Source: Octopus sinensis (Eukaryota). Taken from it: DNA of 64,000 nucleotides. Below are positions 13,194 through 26,000 of the stretch, in pieces. The position numbers were made by a program, and so were the translations under genes. Position 1 is the stretch's first letter. Each line of letters starts with the position of its first letter. The stretch spans positions 95,480,001 through 95,544,000 of the forward strand of contig NC_042997.1 of NCBI RefSeq assembly GCF_006345805.1, read 5' to 3'. Below the pieces are notes generated by a model. It did no database searches and had not been told where the DNA came from. It saw nothing but the letters and a program-made list of their open reading frames with translations.

Positions 13194-13620
13194 GGGTCTT
13201 TTCCGTTTGAACGGCAGTTTTTAAAATAATTTCCACGTAACTAAACACTTTTAAACTTCATATACTGGTAGAATGTGTTTATAAAACATCTACATCTTTT
13301 TCTCTCGGCTTTATTGAGAAAATTCCATAGTTTGTAAGATATTTGTTGTTTTTTTTCTTCAATTTCTGCAATTTCAACCAGTCAATGACGTCTATTGAGT
13401 TGAAAATATGTGCCGTATGAATGTGTCCCTCGTTTAAGAAACAGATTGGGTTTATTACATTTCTGAAGAAAAAAGGATACCCTTCCCCCCACCCCTAACC
13501 TTAACTAACCCTCACCCTATAACAGATTGAAATACAATAGATCGATACTATGGTCATAATCATGGGTGACAATTTCATATGACACCGCTAGAAAAACTGC
13601 CGTTCAAACCGAAAAGATCC
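13194..13620. mobile_element. 427-bp MITE with ~28-bp TIRs and 8-bp TSD (Merlin-like GG termini)
   Basis: Left GGGTCTTTTCCGTTTGAACGGCAGTTTTT, right AAAAACTGCCGTTCAAACCGAAAAGATCC; GGGCTATC duplicated at 13186-13193 and 13621-13628. Confidence 0.85.
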
Positions 13621-14109
13621 GGGCTATCTTGTATCTATATACGTGTATTATTTTCAGCAGTTGTCAGTTATCTAACCTCCGGAATAAAATGTTTATCATA
13701 CTTATTTGTATGTATTGATAAAACATATCGCCTTCTAGTGTACCTAAACATAAATTAGTTTTATATTATTAACTAAACTGCACAAATAGAGATGAAGAGT
13801 GTAGCTGATCTCAACAGTTGCTGGAGCAGGCCACCGTTGTAGAAGTCAAACTCAGTACATATGAAAACTAATTTTCTTTCTCGGCATTGGTAATTACTAT
13901 CCATAACGTAAATCATCATTGTATACTCAATATATATGCACACCCATACACACACATACACACATATACATACATACATACAAAGGAGAAGAAAGTAAAA
14001 CCTTTGAATGTAGACCCCCATCCCACGGCCACCCCACACCCAACTACACCCACTTTTCCCCATCCTCTCTCCTACAGACACCAACCCCCACTCCCCTCCA
14101 ACACAAAGA

Positions 14110-15666
14110 AAAACGCAGGCACGCAAGAGTTCCAAAACCTCCCCTCCCCGGCCGGTGATAAAAGAAAATACGGAGTAATATACGACAGATCAAATATAGA
14201 ACTCTGCAAAGAGATAGACACTTGTGAAGGCGTAATAACAGTTAATATGGCAACTAATACTGGGATACCATGGCGTTATAATTGTGTGCTGACAACCCAG
14301 GATTAAATGTCAAAAATAGTGAATTACAGTGATAACTTTGAATACTGGGGGAAAACAATGGACACCAGTTTGTTGCCAAGATACATAAACTATCTTGATC
14401 TCCGAGAGAATTACAAAATTGATATTCTACAGCCAGACAGTGCTAGATCGTACGCTACGGTAGACGTGCGCTTCGAAAATGAAGACGAAGCGAAGGGGAA
14501 CGCAGCGACAGTGTTGAGATCGGAAAGATGGGTTTTGCTCCCTACTTATTGTGGAAGGGGAGCGGTGAGAATGCGAGTAAGCAGAGTCCCACCGGAGCTT
14601 GATACCGAAGGAGTGGTAGGTGCAATGATCTGCAACTGCTGGGAGAGTGTGGACATGCTTAATGCGGAGAGGTTGAATGAAATAAGCTGGTGGGGTTATG
14701 CGGTACGAGCCTTAGTCCACGTAACCATGCCAGATTTGTAAAACATCCCGGAGGAGTTGGTGTTCCCCGACGAGACACGACTGAAAGTCGTGGTGGAGCG
14801 GAGACCTCCAGTGTGTTATAAATGTAAGAGAAGAGGGCACATGAAGGGGGGTGTCCTGAAGGAGAAATACAATATAAGAAGATGACACTGGAGGAAGCAA
14901 TAAGATCTTTGACAGAAGATTTAGGAGATAATTTGGAAAGTGACGACGAGTTGGTGAGGAGAGAGAAGAGGAGAGAAGAAAAGAAAGAGAGGATAGAAAG
15001 CGAAAACGGGTGGAATCACCACCCAAAGGTAAAAAAAAAGAGAAAAAACTAAAAAGAAGTATGCTGACGAGACGGAGGAACGAACGCACGAAGAGAGAGA
15101 TACAGCAATTAAAGTGAGTGAAGGTTCAAGTTGGGAGGAAGCGATAAAATGGTCAACAAAAGTGGAAGAATGTATGAAAACATGCAAGGAAGGAGGACGA
15201 CCCAAAGGAAAGAATCTCAGAGCCGTAATATTGTACACAAAAGATAAAGAAATTGAGAAAAAGTTAGCAGTAACGAAGAATCTAACCAGAGTGAAATTGA
15301 ACCCGAGGATGTACGATGACAAAACAAAGGCTGCAATAGTGGAAAAAGAGACGGTAAATAAATTAATAAAATTGTTTTCAGATACTGTTGTAACCATAAA
15401 GCTTTACGTTCGATATGACAGTTTGCCCGGAGTTATAGAGGAAGATGAATTACTCGTTTACATTACGGACGAACACCCCAGATAGTATAACTGTAATATA
15501 AATGAAACTGCAAGCTTTGGGCGACTCGTAAGCAATTTCATTAATTCATTGTTAATAATTAATTTCATTTCATATCATCCTTTTTTTTTTATTATATGTA
15601 CCCCATGTCCTGTATTGTATTGTTATGTCCCCTCTTGAGTCAGGCCATTGTGCCTATAATAAAGAG
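14110..15666 (+). mobile_element. ORF1-only (HAL1-like) L1/Tx1 derivative, copy B, disrupted by stops/frameshifts
   Basis: ORF pieces 13887-14306, 14307-14741 and 15114-15485; RRM-like YATVDVRFENEDEAK...LLPTYCGR...RVSRVPPE; CYKCKRRGHMKGG(C) knuckle at ~14812-14856 with a 1-nt frameshift in a G run; 3' tail tgtcccctct...AATAAA at 15658-15663. Confidence 0.7.
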
Positions 15667-15769
15667 AAAAGACAGTGCTGGATCGAATTAAGGTCGTGTA
15701 AACAGAATAAAAGAAGTCTCTCTGATGTGGAGTCGAAAAACTTCATTTCATCTTTTCATTTTCAAATTT

Positions 15770-15850
15770 TTCTTTCATTCGTTCTTTGTTTTGTCCCCGC
15801 ATGTTTTGTGTTGTCCCCTCTGTTTTTACCCCGTGTGCGAAATAAAGAAT
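15770..15850 (+). terminator. Second Tx1-type 3' tail with polyadenylation signal
   Basis: ttgtcccctctgtttttaccccgtgtgcgaAATAAAgaat (AATAAA 15841-15846). Confidence 0.6.
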
Positions 15851-15878
15851 TGGATTTATTGCAGCTGTCTCGTTGGGT

Positions 15879-16688
15879 ATGGACACAGTCTTGCGTACTT
15901 CAGCGTTCATTCTATTCCTGCAATGTTCATTAACATATGCCATACTTTTCAATACGACTATCATTTCAGAAAGATTTTCCAAGTCTATGAAGTACACGAA
16001 TTTTAATGCAACAGAAATTTTATCTACAACACAAGGTGGAACTCGGAACATACCAACTTGTAAATATTATGATAGAATCGGTTTTAGTAATGTAAATGTT
16101 CTAAACTCGGATGTTTCTTCTCATAAACCAGACGGAAACCATTTTATGCCCGAATCTCGTAACTTCATACCCTCAATTAATCCTACTAAAAGTGACGATC
16201 TTACGTTAGACGTTCCTTATACCAGTTTCTATACAGTTAAAATGCATCACAACGTACTAAACACAACTCCATATACTGTAAGATATTTACCCACGAAAAC
16301 CTTTCTTCTCAAATCAAGAATATAAAGAAATGCTAACAAATCGATGTCCCAGGTTTCCTATACGGCAGTAGTTTCAGTAACAACAATGGAAGAGGCGGAT
16401 AACGAATTTTTGTTCAGTACATTACGAACTACAACAATTGTATATAATGACATAACAAATATTGATTCAAGCGTAATACCTACAACCGGACACTCTACAA
16501 ATATAACATTGTCAACCACTTCTGTCGTCATCGTAGTGGTTATTCTAACTTGCTTTTTACTGAACGGATGTATCTATCATGTGTCTGTCATTGTGTTAAG
16601 TTACAGAACGACTCGAAGTACTTCAAGTGTGCAGCGCGTACAATATTATCCTGCCCTATCAAATGGAAGTGTACATGTATTAATGTAG
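15879..16688 (+). pseudogene. Intronless type I membrane glycoprotein (mucin-like), ~269 codons with one in-frame TAA at 16323-16325
   Basis: ORFs 15873-16325 and 16344-16688 share a frame. ATG at 15879, signal-like SAFILFLQCSLTYAILF, Ser/Thr-rich body with sequons, TM (SVVIVVVILTCFLLNGCIYHVSVIVLSY), cytoplasmic YYPAL. Confidence 0.6.
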
Positions 16689-16949
16689 GCAAAGTATACC
16701 CGCAAATCATGTCTTAAGGCAATACTTATTTCCCTTATCCTACAGAATTTTATTTTTAGCTTTACTCTTCATATTACACTCCGAAATTATTCGCAATAAA
16801 ACGATTAAAATTTTAACTCCGCAAAGAGTAATTTGAATTTAGATAGACAATATGTACATATCGTTTCTATATCTTTACAAAAGTTAGCACATTATGTATT
16901 TAAGTACCGTTTGCTCATTTTATATTTCTTGCCGCGATGGTTAAAAAAT

Positions 16950-17000
16950 CAGTTGTTTTGTCTATTTATGTGTTTCGCCCCCTATGAGCAATAAAGAAAT
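16950..17000 (+). terminator. Tx1-type 3' tail after the glycoprotein ORF
   Basis: gttttgtctatttatgtgtttcgcccccctatgagcAATAAAGAAAT (AATAAA 16990-16995), similar to the LINE tail at 4784-4810. Confidence 0.55.
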
Positions 17001-18419
17001 TGGAAGTGTTTCTGTTGGAAGCCGTTTTGCACGGGAGGGAAACTATTTGACGTAAAAATTTTACAAATTTTGATCGTGAAACTGAAACCGACATAATGGA
17101 CTACATTTCACAGGAAATTAAATCTTTGAAATGGTTCTTTATGTTAACCGTTAACCTGCAAACGTTTTGTCGTTGTTATATTGCAAGTTAGATCAGAGTA
17201 CAAGAATATTTCTAGAATGTTTTCTCTAAAACAAAACCCTGCTGAAATTTTTTTTTTCAAGATATTTCTCCTGTGTATAGAGGCAAATAAAAAAAAATAG
17301 GTAGGATTGTGTTTTCCCGCGGCACTGAGGTATGGGTTGATTTTGAACAAAATTTAATGTGTCAACGAGAAGGAATATATCCATAAGTATGTCTGACGTA
17401 CGAGTAAAAACAATGCTAAATTTCTGTATTGAAACAAATTATCCTACATAAACCTATATGAAGACTAGTGGAGGTATCAATTGATATGTTTTAAACCGAA
17501 TTTCCCTGTAGTTCCAAAGATTTTGTTGCTTGTTTTTTGACACGCACATACATACTTTTGAAATTACATTAATCTTAAAATCCTACTCTGCATAAATATC
17601 ATTTATACTTCATAAAATTCCACGAATCTTTTCGCAGTTTTATTAGCTCCACCTAAAATAAAATCGTATGATTATGGAAATGCTTTCAAATGTTTAGGGT
17701 TTTATTCACATTCCTCCTCAGTATTATTGATTCTACTTCTTTTATCAGGTATTTGAAGAGAAAATATTCATTATCTTTCGAGTCTCTTGATTTTTATCGG
17801 ATTATAAATCCAGAATTTGAGAGAAATCCTCCCCAACAACCTCGTTTGATGTAAAATACAATTAGACTTGGTTTTCACCGCGCAAAACTAAATTGGATAT
17901 TGCAGTAAAGTCCCATAAATCCATCCAAATCTATGAATTTTTCCCATTCCCTTCTTCATTGACATGTTTTATAGATGTCCGTGTTTTTTCTACCGGGTTG
18001 TTCGAAAGGAAATGGATGAACATCTATCTCACCATGATATTTATTACTTAAAACCACGCATAAACTATTTTACAGAACATTTGAGTACAGTCCTCGTAAC
18101 TGGGGCTTTACAAATATTTGTAAGCCCGCTAACAATGTATACTGTTATTAGGGTCACTCTTATTAGGGTCACAATGCTTAAAAACACTTCTTGTGATAGG
18201 TATTGTATATAATATTTTCAGATTCATTCATCATTTATTCGGTAGTGTATCCTATTACCCCAGGCTTGTTTCTTCTGTCTTTCCTCCTACAGGAGTAATT
18301 TTCACTGCAGTCCAGTTTAAGCGTATATATATATATATATATATATATAGATAGATAGGTAGGTAGGTAGGTAGATGTGCGTGCGTGTGCTTGTCTGTGT
18401 ATTATTTTATTCACTTAAT

Positions 18420-18810
18420 TTTATGTTCATTCTTTTACCACCTTCAAATTTCTCTCCATTTGAAGCCATGCATCGGTTCAGACGCATTTTCTACTGTTCG
18501 AAGCAGTCTCGGAACTCGTGGATATTGATGCCTTTAAATGCTTCCATCTGATGTTTCTTTTTCACATCTGCCAAATGTTTCCTATAAGAACTTTTTTCAT
18601 TTGGGGGTGGGGTTAATGTGTAGGAAGCCAGATCAGTTCACGGGGGAGGATGTGTAAGCGGAGATAATGCATATTGTAAGATATTTTTTATTGCACAAAT
18701 GTTCTCGCACCCAAGAAGGTGTGAGCAGGAGCATTGTCGTAAGAAAACAACTAATCTCCATTTTGCTACAGATCAGGGTGCTTTTGTCTCTCCGCGTGTT
18801 GTAGATGTTT
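18420..18810 (-). mobile_element. Mariner transposase C-terminal relic
   Basis: Minus strand KHPDL*QNGD*LFSYDNAPAH and MKKVLIGKHLADV...FRDCFEQ*KMRLNRCMASNGEKFEG. Confidence 0.75.
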
Positions 18811-18892
18811 CAAAACTGCCAAGTATTGGGTATCCTATGAATAATACGGTTTTTATACTTTTAGTTTTCAAAATTAAGATAAAGTTCTTTTT

Positions 18893-19384
18893 TTAATCTA
18901 AAATATACTGTCCTTCATTTTCTACAATGCTCTTCCATCTATCTGGAAGACTTTCAAGGCCCCACTTCCACAAATGACATGTCTGTGACGAAAAATACTC
19001 TTTCAGTATTGTTCTACACTCGTCTACAGAATTCATATCTTTTTCCGTCCAAATGATTTTGAAGACTGCAGAATAAATGATAGTCACATGGGGCAATCTG
19101 CGGCGAATATGGTGGGTGGGCATTGTTTCCCATTCAAACTGCTCCAGCATTCAAGTTTAAAATTTCAAAGTGGAGTAAACCTTTCATATCCCACCCAACA
19201 GATAACCTCTTACAGGGGTGAAGATGTTCTTTGGCCTGGGGTGTTAGTGTTTCTCCTTTCCATATACACTGTCATTTTTATTGACAATCATTTTTATAGA
19301 GACACCATTTCTCGTTACCAGTCACTAATCGATCCAAAAATGGTTCATTCGCGAGACGTGACAGCAAAGAGCACATATCATTCT
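18893..19384 (-). mobile_element. Mariner (Mos1-like) transposase, catalytic/C-terminal half, degenerate
   Basis: FLDRLVTGNEKWCLY (DD34D first motif, D>N), LEQFEWETMP..., LESLPDRWKSIVENEGQYILD*. Confidence 0.85.
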
Positions 19385-20985
19385 TAAAAAAACCTTAAAA
19401 CGTCCAAGAAAATTAACTGTATAGAAACGCCTCAGCACAACGTTTACTCATTTCAGAACCATCTTTTTTTTCTACATTCATGACAACATTTTCTGATTTT
19501 CTTTATATTATGTTCACAATAAGCTACATACATGTTAAGTCTGAAATGTCAGCAGATTATATTTGCTAGGATTAAAGTAACTTGTCTTATTGCCTCGGTA
19601 ACGCAAAGTGAAGTCCATAATCACATTTACGTCACATCAAAGGCGGCAATTTGTAAATCACTAATATACCCGGACTTAGTTCGAAATATTTGCGTATATT
19701 TTGTAGATTAAGGTAGTAGCTGCTTTATGGTTATTTGATTTGTCTGGAAGAAATCTTGATTATATGTCTCTATTTCCAACGCATCAGAAATATAGACATT
19801 TGTTTGTACTCGAACACTAATTAACAATATTAGCAGCTACTTACACATGAAATCGCTAATGCGTTTAGGACGTTTTTGACGATTCTTATTATATAGATCT
19901 GGAGGATATTATAGAAAACGAATCAAATTGAAAACGACTTCGTGACAAATGATACTGCGAATATTTCATAAAAAAATTCAGGGGTCTAAAACTAAGAAAA
20001 ATCTGCAATTTGAGAAAATACGAACTGAAACTTGTGTTGCGTAGCAAAAGAATTACAAGTGGTCTCAGGTTCACATTTTGTTGTCGTATTGTTTCTTCGA
20101 TAACGTTCTTTATCAATGAACGGCATACTTATATGCATAAAGTGCAAATTATCAACAAAATTGTTTTGCAGTTTCTCAAAAAAAAAAAAAATTCCTCTGC
20201 TCTCGTTGTGATAAAGTCATAATTCAATTGTTCGTGTGAGTCTGCTTATGAGTGTGTATGCGTGTTTTTTAGGCTAGTATGTGTATTTGATTGTGGATGT
20301 CTGTAATACATGTGTTTTAGCAGTTTTGGTTATACTGAAATAAACGTTAGCCAGGATTAATATTCTTACTATTAATTGATTTATGTAGGTTGTCTTATAA
20401 GAACTTTGTTTGTATATGTCTATAGTCATGAATCTGATTTTGTTATTGGTAAACACCAGTGTGTATAATTCTACTAATATTATGAAGATGACTGTCTTTA
20501 TGGTCAGTAACATTGGAAGAAGATTAAATGCTGATACATCAATTAAATCTCTCTTACAACTGCACGTTCTTCATATAAACTTCTTTTTGCAAATGTTATG
20601 CGTAGAATGACTTTTGATACAGTACGCTGCTCGTTTAAATTAATCTAAGGATAGTTGCTAATTTAAGTACGAATATGAGGGTATTGTGTCATTTTCTTTT
20701 GCAGATTTTTATATACACGTGAAGAGAAAAGAATGTATGTTGCTAGAATTGGTGCGGTCTGAACATATTAGGCTCGTAGAAAATTTCCAATCACCCAAGA
20801 ATAAAACGTTTATATAAAATATTCCAAAAGTGGTATAAAAGACTGAGATTCTAAGGGTATAAACTACGCGAGCAAATATGCTAATGGCAATCTTACAGCT
20901 GAGACCAAAGTGCTACATACATCAGTCATTAAAAGTCATTAAAAGAAGGCACATGCCTACGATTTATTGGATAAATATATTCGTG

Positions 20986-21042
<57 letters not shown>

Positions 21043-21043
<1 letters not shown>

Positions 21044-21800
21044 TAGAAAATGCACCCGTTCACTGGACGGTGCAAAGTATTATAATAGTGTACTCCTGTA
21101 GAAACTTTAAGTTGAACTGGTCTGCAGTTAGTCGTTTCAAGTTAATAAGCATGAAATGAGATCACAATCGTAGTAGGTATTAGAGATCCTTTGTGTTACA
21201 TGAAGCGTTTTGTATCATGTACTTATTTTTCTCGTAATGCCTGACACAACTGCATTGAATCTTTTTTAAAATGAAGGTCATGTATAATAAACAAAAGCAA
21301 ACATTTATAACTAACACACAAATAGAATAATGGCAGTGTGCAAAAATAAATGTCAGAGCATGCTTATGAGCGAACAGCGTGCGTGAAGTAAGAGCGGTCA
21401 CTGAAGTTAATGTACTGTCAACAGCAATCAGGGAAATGAAGCAAAATTCAATGAAATGCGTGCAAGAATGTTGATTGCTAATGTCTAGAGTTTGGCGTAG
21501 ATGTGAAGATTGCAGTAGAGGAATAACTAGTGTAGGGCTGCTTTGTAGACGACATCGTTGGTCTTTCCTTCAGGAGTATAGATGAATAGGTTGTCAAGAT
21601 GGTCGACTCTGAAACAACCGACGTAGAACTGTCCATGTGAAAAGCACGACGGTCCAATTCGTCGACTGTCTTTTTGCTTTGTTAATTGTCATGGTGAAGC
21701 TGAGTTTGAGAGGGTATTGCATAGGTAGGAGCAATCTGTTGATACTTCCCTTTCTGTTGCAAATGTATCCGATGGTCTTGCACTTCATGTGATTACGTGT
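21043..21800 (-). mobile_element. Helitron 3' portion: PIF1-like helicase C-terminus, terminal hairpin and CTAG
   Basis: QYPLKLSFTMTINKAKRQS / FSHGQFYVGCFRVDHLDNLFIYTPEGKTNDVVYKAALH* (helicase motifs V-VI); minus-strand hairpin GCACCGT..ACGGGTGC then TTTTCTAG|T at 21043. Confidence 0.8.
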
Positions 21801-22759
21801 CATTCCACATTTATCTAGAATAATTTCGCCTACGTATCTATTGCATAGTGTCTATTTCGCAGAGGACAGGGGCATTGCATTTATAGTATAAGCCTTTCTA
21901 ATATCAGTGCAAATGACGTCAGCAGCTTACTGGAGTTTGTTTTTTTAATCAGTTTTTTTAACTTATTCAATTTCATATTTCAGAATCATATTGAAATGTG
22001 TGAGGATTAACAAGCACTGTTGTTTCAGACATTCACAGACTTCCAGCTACTGCATCAGTTGATCCTTTATGATATCAACTTATGCTGTATCATCATATAG
22101 AGGTATTACTAGATTTGTATGATATTGCGCTCGTTGTAGAATTTTAATATTTATGTTTTGTTTCAAATGTCAAATGTTCTCTACAACATTGAAATACAAC
22201 TGTAATGTTTATATTCTTGATTGCACTACATATTTTTTGTTAATTGCTGGACTCATTTAAAAGTAATTTTACTATCGCTCTTGAAGTTATCATTTAGTAA
22301 TTTTATTTGTCTGCTAGTTGTTGCTGTTTTTTTTTATTTTAACTGATTTTGTTATGTTTTTGTATCATTTGCTTTTGTCAATATTAACTGGTTTGCTTGA
22401 CATTTCTGATTCACGTATTTAATCAGTATTCTCATCATGACTTTATCTCCTGGAGTAGCTTCGTCACGTGGATTTGAGTGTTTAAGCCGTGGGTTTCTTT
22501 TGATTCTGATTTTCAATTAAAACATATTATAAAATACAAGCACATACAAAATTTCTAAAGAAAAAGTGGGATACGGGAAATAATGTTGCATCATGTACTG
22601 TAAAAGTCTGCATTGATTGAATCAAAATCAAGGCAGACAATACAATGAGTGTTTGTATGAAAACACATACGGGTACAACAAACACGTATGTATGGCGGGG
22701 TGTATTTTAGCGTGTACTATTATCTGCATGAATAGATACATATATGCATATTTTAAACT

Positions 22760-22978
22760 TGTTTCAGTCATTAGGTTGTGACTTTGCTGGCGTATTACCT
22801 TGGAAATTAATAGTCGAATGAATAGAATGCAGTATTTGTTTAAGTGCTGGTACTTATATTATTGGTCGCTTTTGCCGAACCGCTAAGGTATTGAGACAAA
22901 CATAACACCATCGGTTTTCAAGCGGTGGGCGGAGGGACAATCAAACACATACACTTATGTATGTATGTATATATGTGA

Positions 22979-23022
<44 letters not shown>

Positions 23023-23180
23023 GACGGGTTTCTTTCAGTTTCAGCCTACCAATCCACCCACAAGTCTTGGTCGGCCCGAGACTATAGTAGAAGACACTTG
23101 CCCAAGCTGCCACGCAGTAGAACTGAACCCAGAACCATGTCATTGGGAAGCAAACGTCTTACCACGCATCCACTCCTGCG
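22760..23180 (+). mobile_element. Octopus-type SINE split by (TA)n
   Basis: gccgaaccgctaagg...ccatcggttttcaagcggtgggcggagggacaa and acgacgggtttctttcagtttcagcctaccaatccacccacaagtc...ccaagctgccacgcagtagaactgaaccc. Confidence 0.6.
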
Positions 23181-24559
23181 CATATATGTCTTTAAAAATC
23201 TATGCATAATGTTACGACATTAATTTACACATTTCTCGCTGCATATATCAATGTATGTAAAAGAGAAAGTAAGCAAAAAGAGAAGAAAACAATCGGAATG
23301 GTACTGAGAAAAAGTCAAATACGAAAATTACGCACATGTAAATGTATATAAACACATTCCAGATGCACATGGGAAAAACTTTATTTATATGAGTTAAATC
23401 TATTACAAATGTAATTTGAAATCCAATAAACGAATAATAGCTTCGTCATCTTTGAACTCAATAGTAAAATTAAACAACCGAAACGCTCTCTGAGATCCGC
23501 CTGGTACTTTTGAACTACAATATACTTGACATACAGAATAAGCTAAGTAGAAAATATCGGCAACAGAAGTTATTTCTTTGTTTCCATAAATACTCATACA
23601 TTTATGTATGTATCTCATTCAAAATATTTTTCAATAACTCCAATATTAACGAAAATATATGGCTGATGGTCCATAAGATAAATGAAGTGGAAAGCGGGTA
23701 AAGTTTTTAGATATATAGTATAAAAGGAAAGCAAATATCCATAACATGAATTAAAACTTATTGATGCAAACATCAAAACATCTGCACATGTAATAGGTAA
23801 GGTACTGTGCAGTTCAAACATTACCTATAGGTAAATTCAGTACAAACATATGATATTTGCAACTCGGTTTCGCTTAATGCCATTGCTTGATTGTTCTCTT
23901 GACAATATGCAGAAGGAATATAACTTTGCAATCCTAATGACTTACGCTCTTTTGTACAGATGTGGCATTAATAGGTTCTATTTGCAGTAGATATACTATT
24001 GCTTTGATCAACATTCATAGTGCATTTAAACTCTTCCTTATGCACATTGTTTCTTACACTCTTAGCAAATAGTCATGCGTATGTAATATTTAAGAATCCA
24101 TTACGGGTGTGGCACCTCTTATTACTTCTAAAACCTTTTTTTCTAGACACACATGCGCACACACTTAACGTAGTTAATGTGGGTGTAGCCAACATACACA
24201 GATCATTTGACTTGAAAATATGAATATATTACTTGAGCTGGTCATGCACAATACGATTTTCTTCGAATTCCGCCTCCCATCATGCACTGCTTCCCTCCGC
24301 AATGAGCGATCTAGAGTGAGATTTTCCTATCACTCTTCTAGGATGTTGATCTCCGAAATATTCTGGGCTTCAATACTTATATCTTAATCTTCGTTTGTAC
24401 ACCAGTCAATTTTCCTTGCCTAACACCCGATACAGAAATTGCTTTAAGATTCGAACATCCTCCTTCCTAACCACATAGCTATTCTTTCTGGCAGACAGAC
24501 TGCATTCCAAGACTTCACTATCGCATATATATATATATATTTGATATCGAATACTCAGT

Positions 24560-24930
24560 ATTCGGCTAAGAGTTTTCACGAAACCGCTACAAGTATTGTA
24601 GGCCTTCCACTCTATCTCGACTTGAATCGCAGACAGAGTCTGGGAACGTTTATCCAATTTTCCTAATGTTACTATAGCTTTCTTCATTCGGAAAGAGATT
24701 TCATTATCAAGAATATTTTTCATGTTCATACTACTACATAAATATATGAATATATCTATATCCTGCAGTTTCTCTCCATATGTAAATATTTTACAGATTC
24801 GGAAGAGCCTACCCTGGATAGGTTTAACTGGTGCAGTTTCACACATTCGTACTGTCTTCTTCACTCTGATTTCAAGACACTATGCACTGCATGGAGTCAC
24901 AGAGTCGTCTAAAGACACAGCCTGCCACGT
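24560..24930 (-). mobile_element. RTE-clade LINE reverse transcriptase C-terminal relic
   Basis: LQDIDIFIYLCS...LDNEISFRMKKAIVTLGKLDKR resembles the RTE 'F.YLGS...LD.EI..RI.KA..AFG.L..R' motif. Confidence 0.65.
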
Positions 24931-25619
24931 TAGGGGGAGGGGGTCAATGAGATCACAGTTGATAGCATACAAGAATTTGTGTTAATGATGAGAACAGTTT
25001 CACTCTGGTTGTAAGCCAACTTATATATAGGTGATGTTGATAAGCCACAGAAACAGCGAAATATTCGTATCCGTCACACGTGAATCGATCCGGGGCGCGT
25101 TGGTACACCTGTCTAGACGTGTATACACACGTGAGACTGGTCGTGCATGTAAGTTAATAAATAGCTATTTAAAAATATCTGTGTATTGCTATATATATGT
25201 ATATAAGGATAAAGTCTGCAGGTTCAAATGCACTCTTGGACACTTACGCATATTTGCATATATACTTACACACAAGGGAATGTCCACTTTCGGCAGACAC
25301 ACGCTCGGTCACGGTGTGTAGACGTTTCTATGCGTGGGTGAGTGTGCACGTGTCTGAATGAGTGTTCATACTACAAGTGTGAAGAGTGTGTACGTGTATA
25401 TGCATCAGTGTAACGGATGTGTATGTTTACTCTGACGTGGATTTACGGCCAACATTACCAAAGCCAAATATCCATTAAGAAATTAATACTTCGGAGTCTG
25501 CTCGTCTCTACATTTACCCATCTCACTTAAATATTTATAACAATCATTTTTACCCCTTACCGACAGCAATTATCTACTCATATCTTCCCACATCATTTTT
25601 CTCTTTTCTTCGTTCTTAA

Positions 25620-26000
25620 CAACTTGAACCATTCCCACTCCTACATATTTCATCTTATCCTTTCCTTTTCCTAAGTCTTGACCGTATTATTTCTTCAAAT
25701 ATTTTTCATCCTGCGTTCTGGCCCACAACTCGTCCGGAACATTTGTGTTAAATGCTGGTGAAAGACGTCACACATTTCGCTGGGTTCGTTTACTGTACGC
25801 CCATTTGGGTCGAACAACGATCGTATGGTGACCTTGTTGCCTCGTTGGACCTCTACCATACAAGCCCATCGAACGGCGTCGATTTTCTCCTGTCTCATAG
25901 CACATGTCTTCAATACTGTTAAATAAATATAACGAGGCCCTAGGTACATGCAACCGCTGAGTTTTCCATACCTTCAAATTTTACCACAAATCTAAATGCA
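25620..26000 (-). mobile_element. L1/Tx1 ORF2 fragment (endonuclease-RT linker)
   Basis: TIRSLFDPNGRTVNEPSEMCDVFHQHLTQMF resembles the Tx1-clade linker. Confidence 0.55.
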
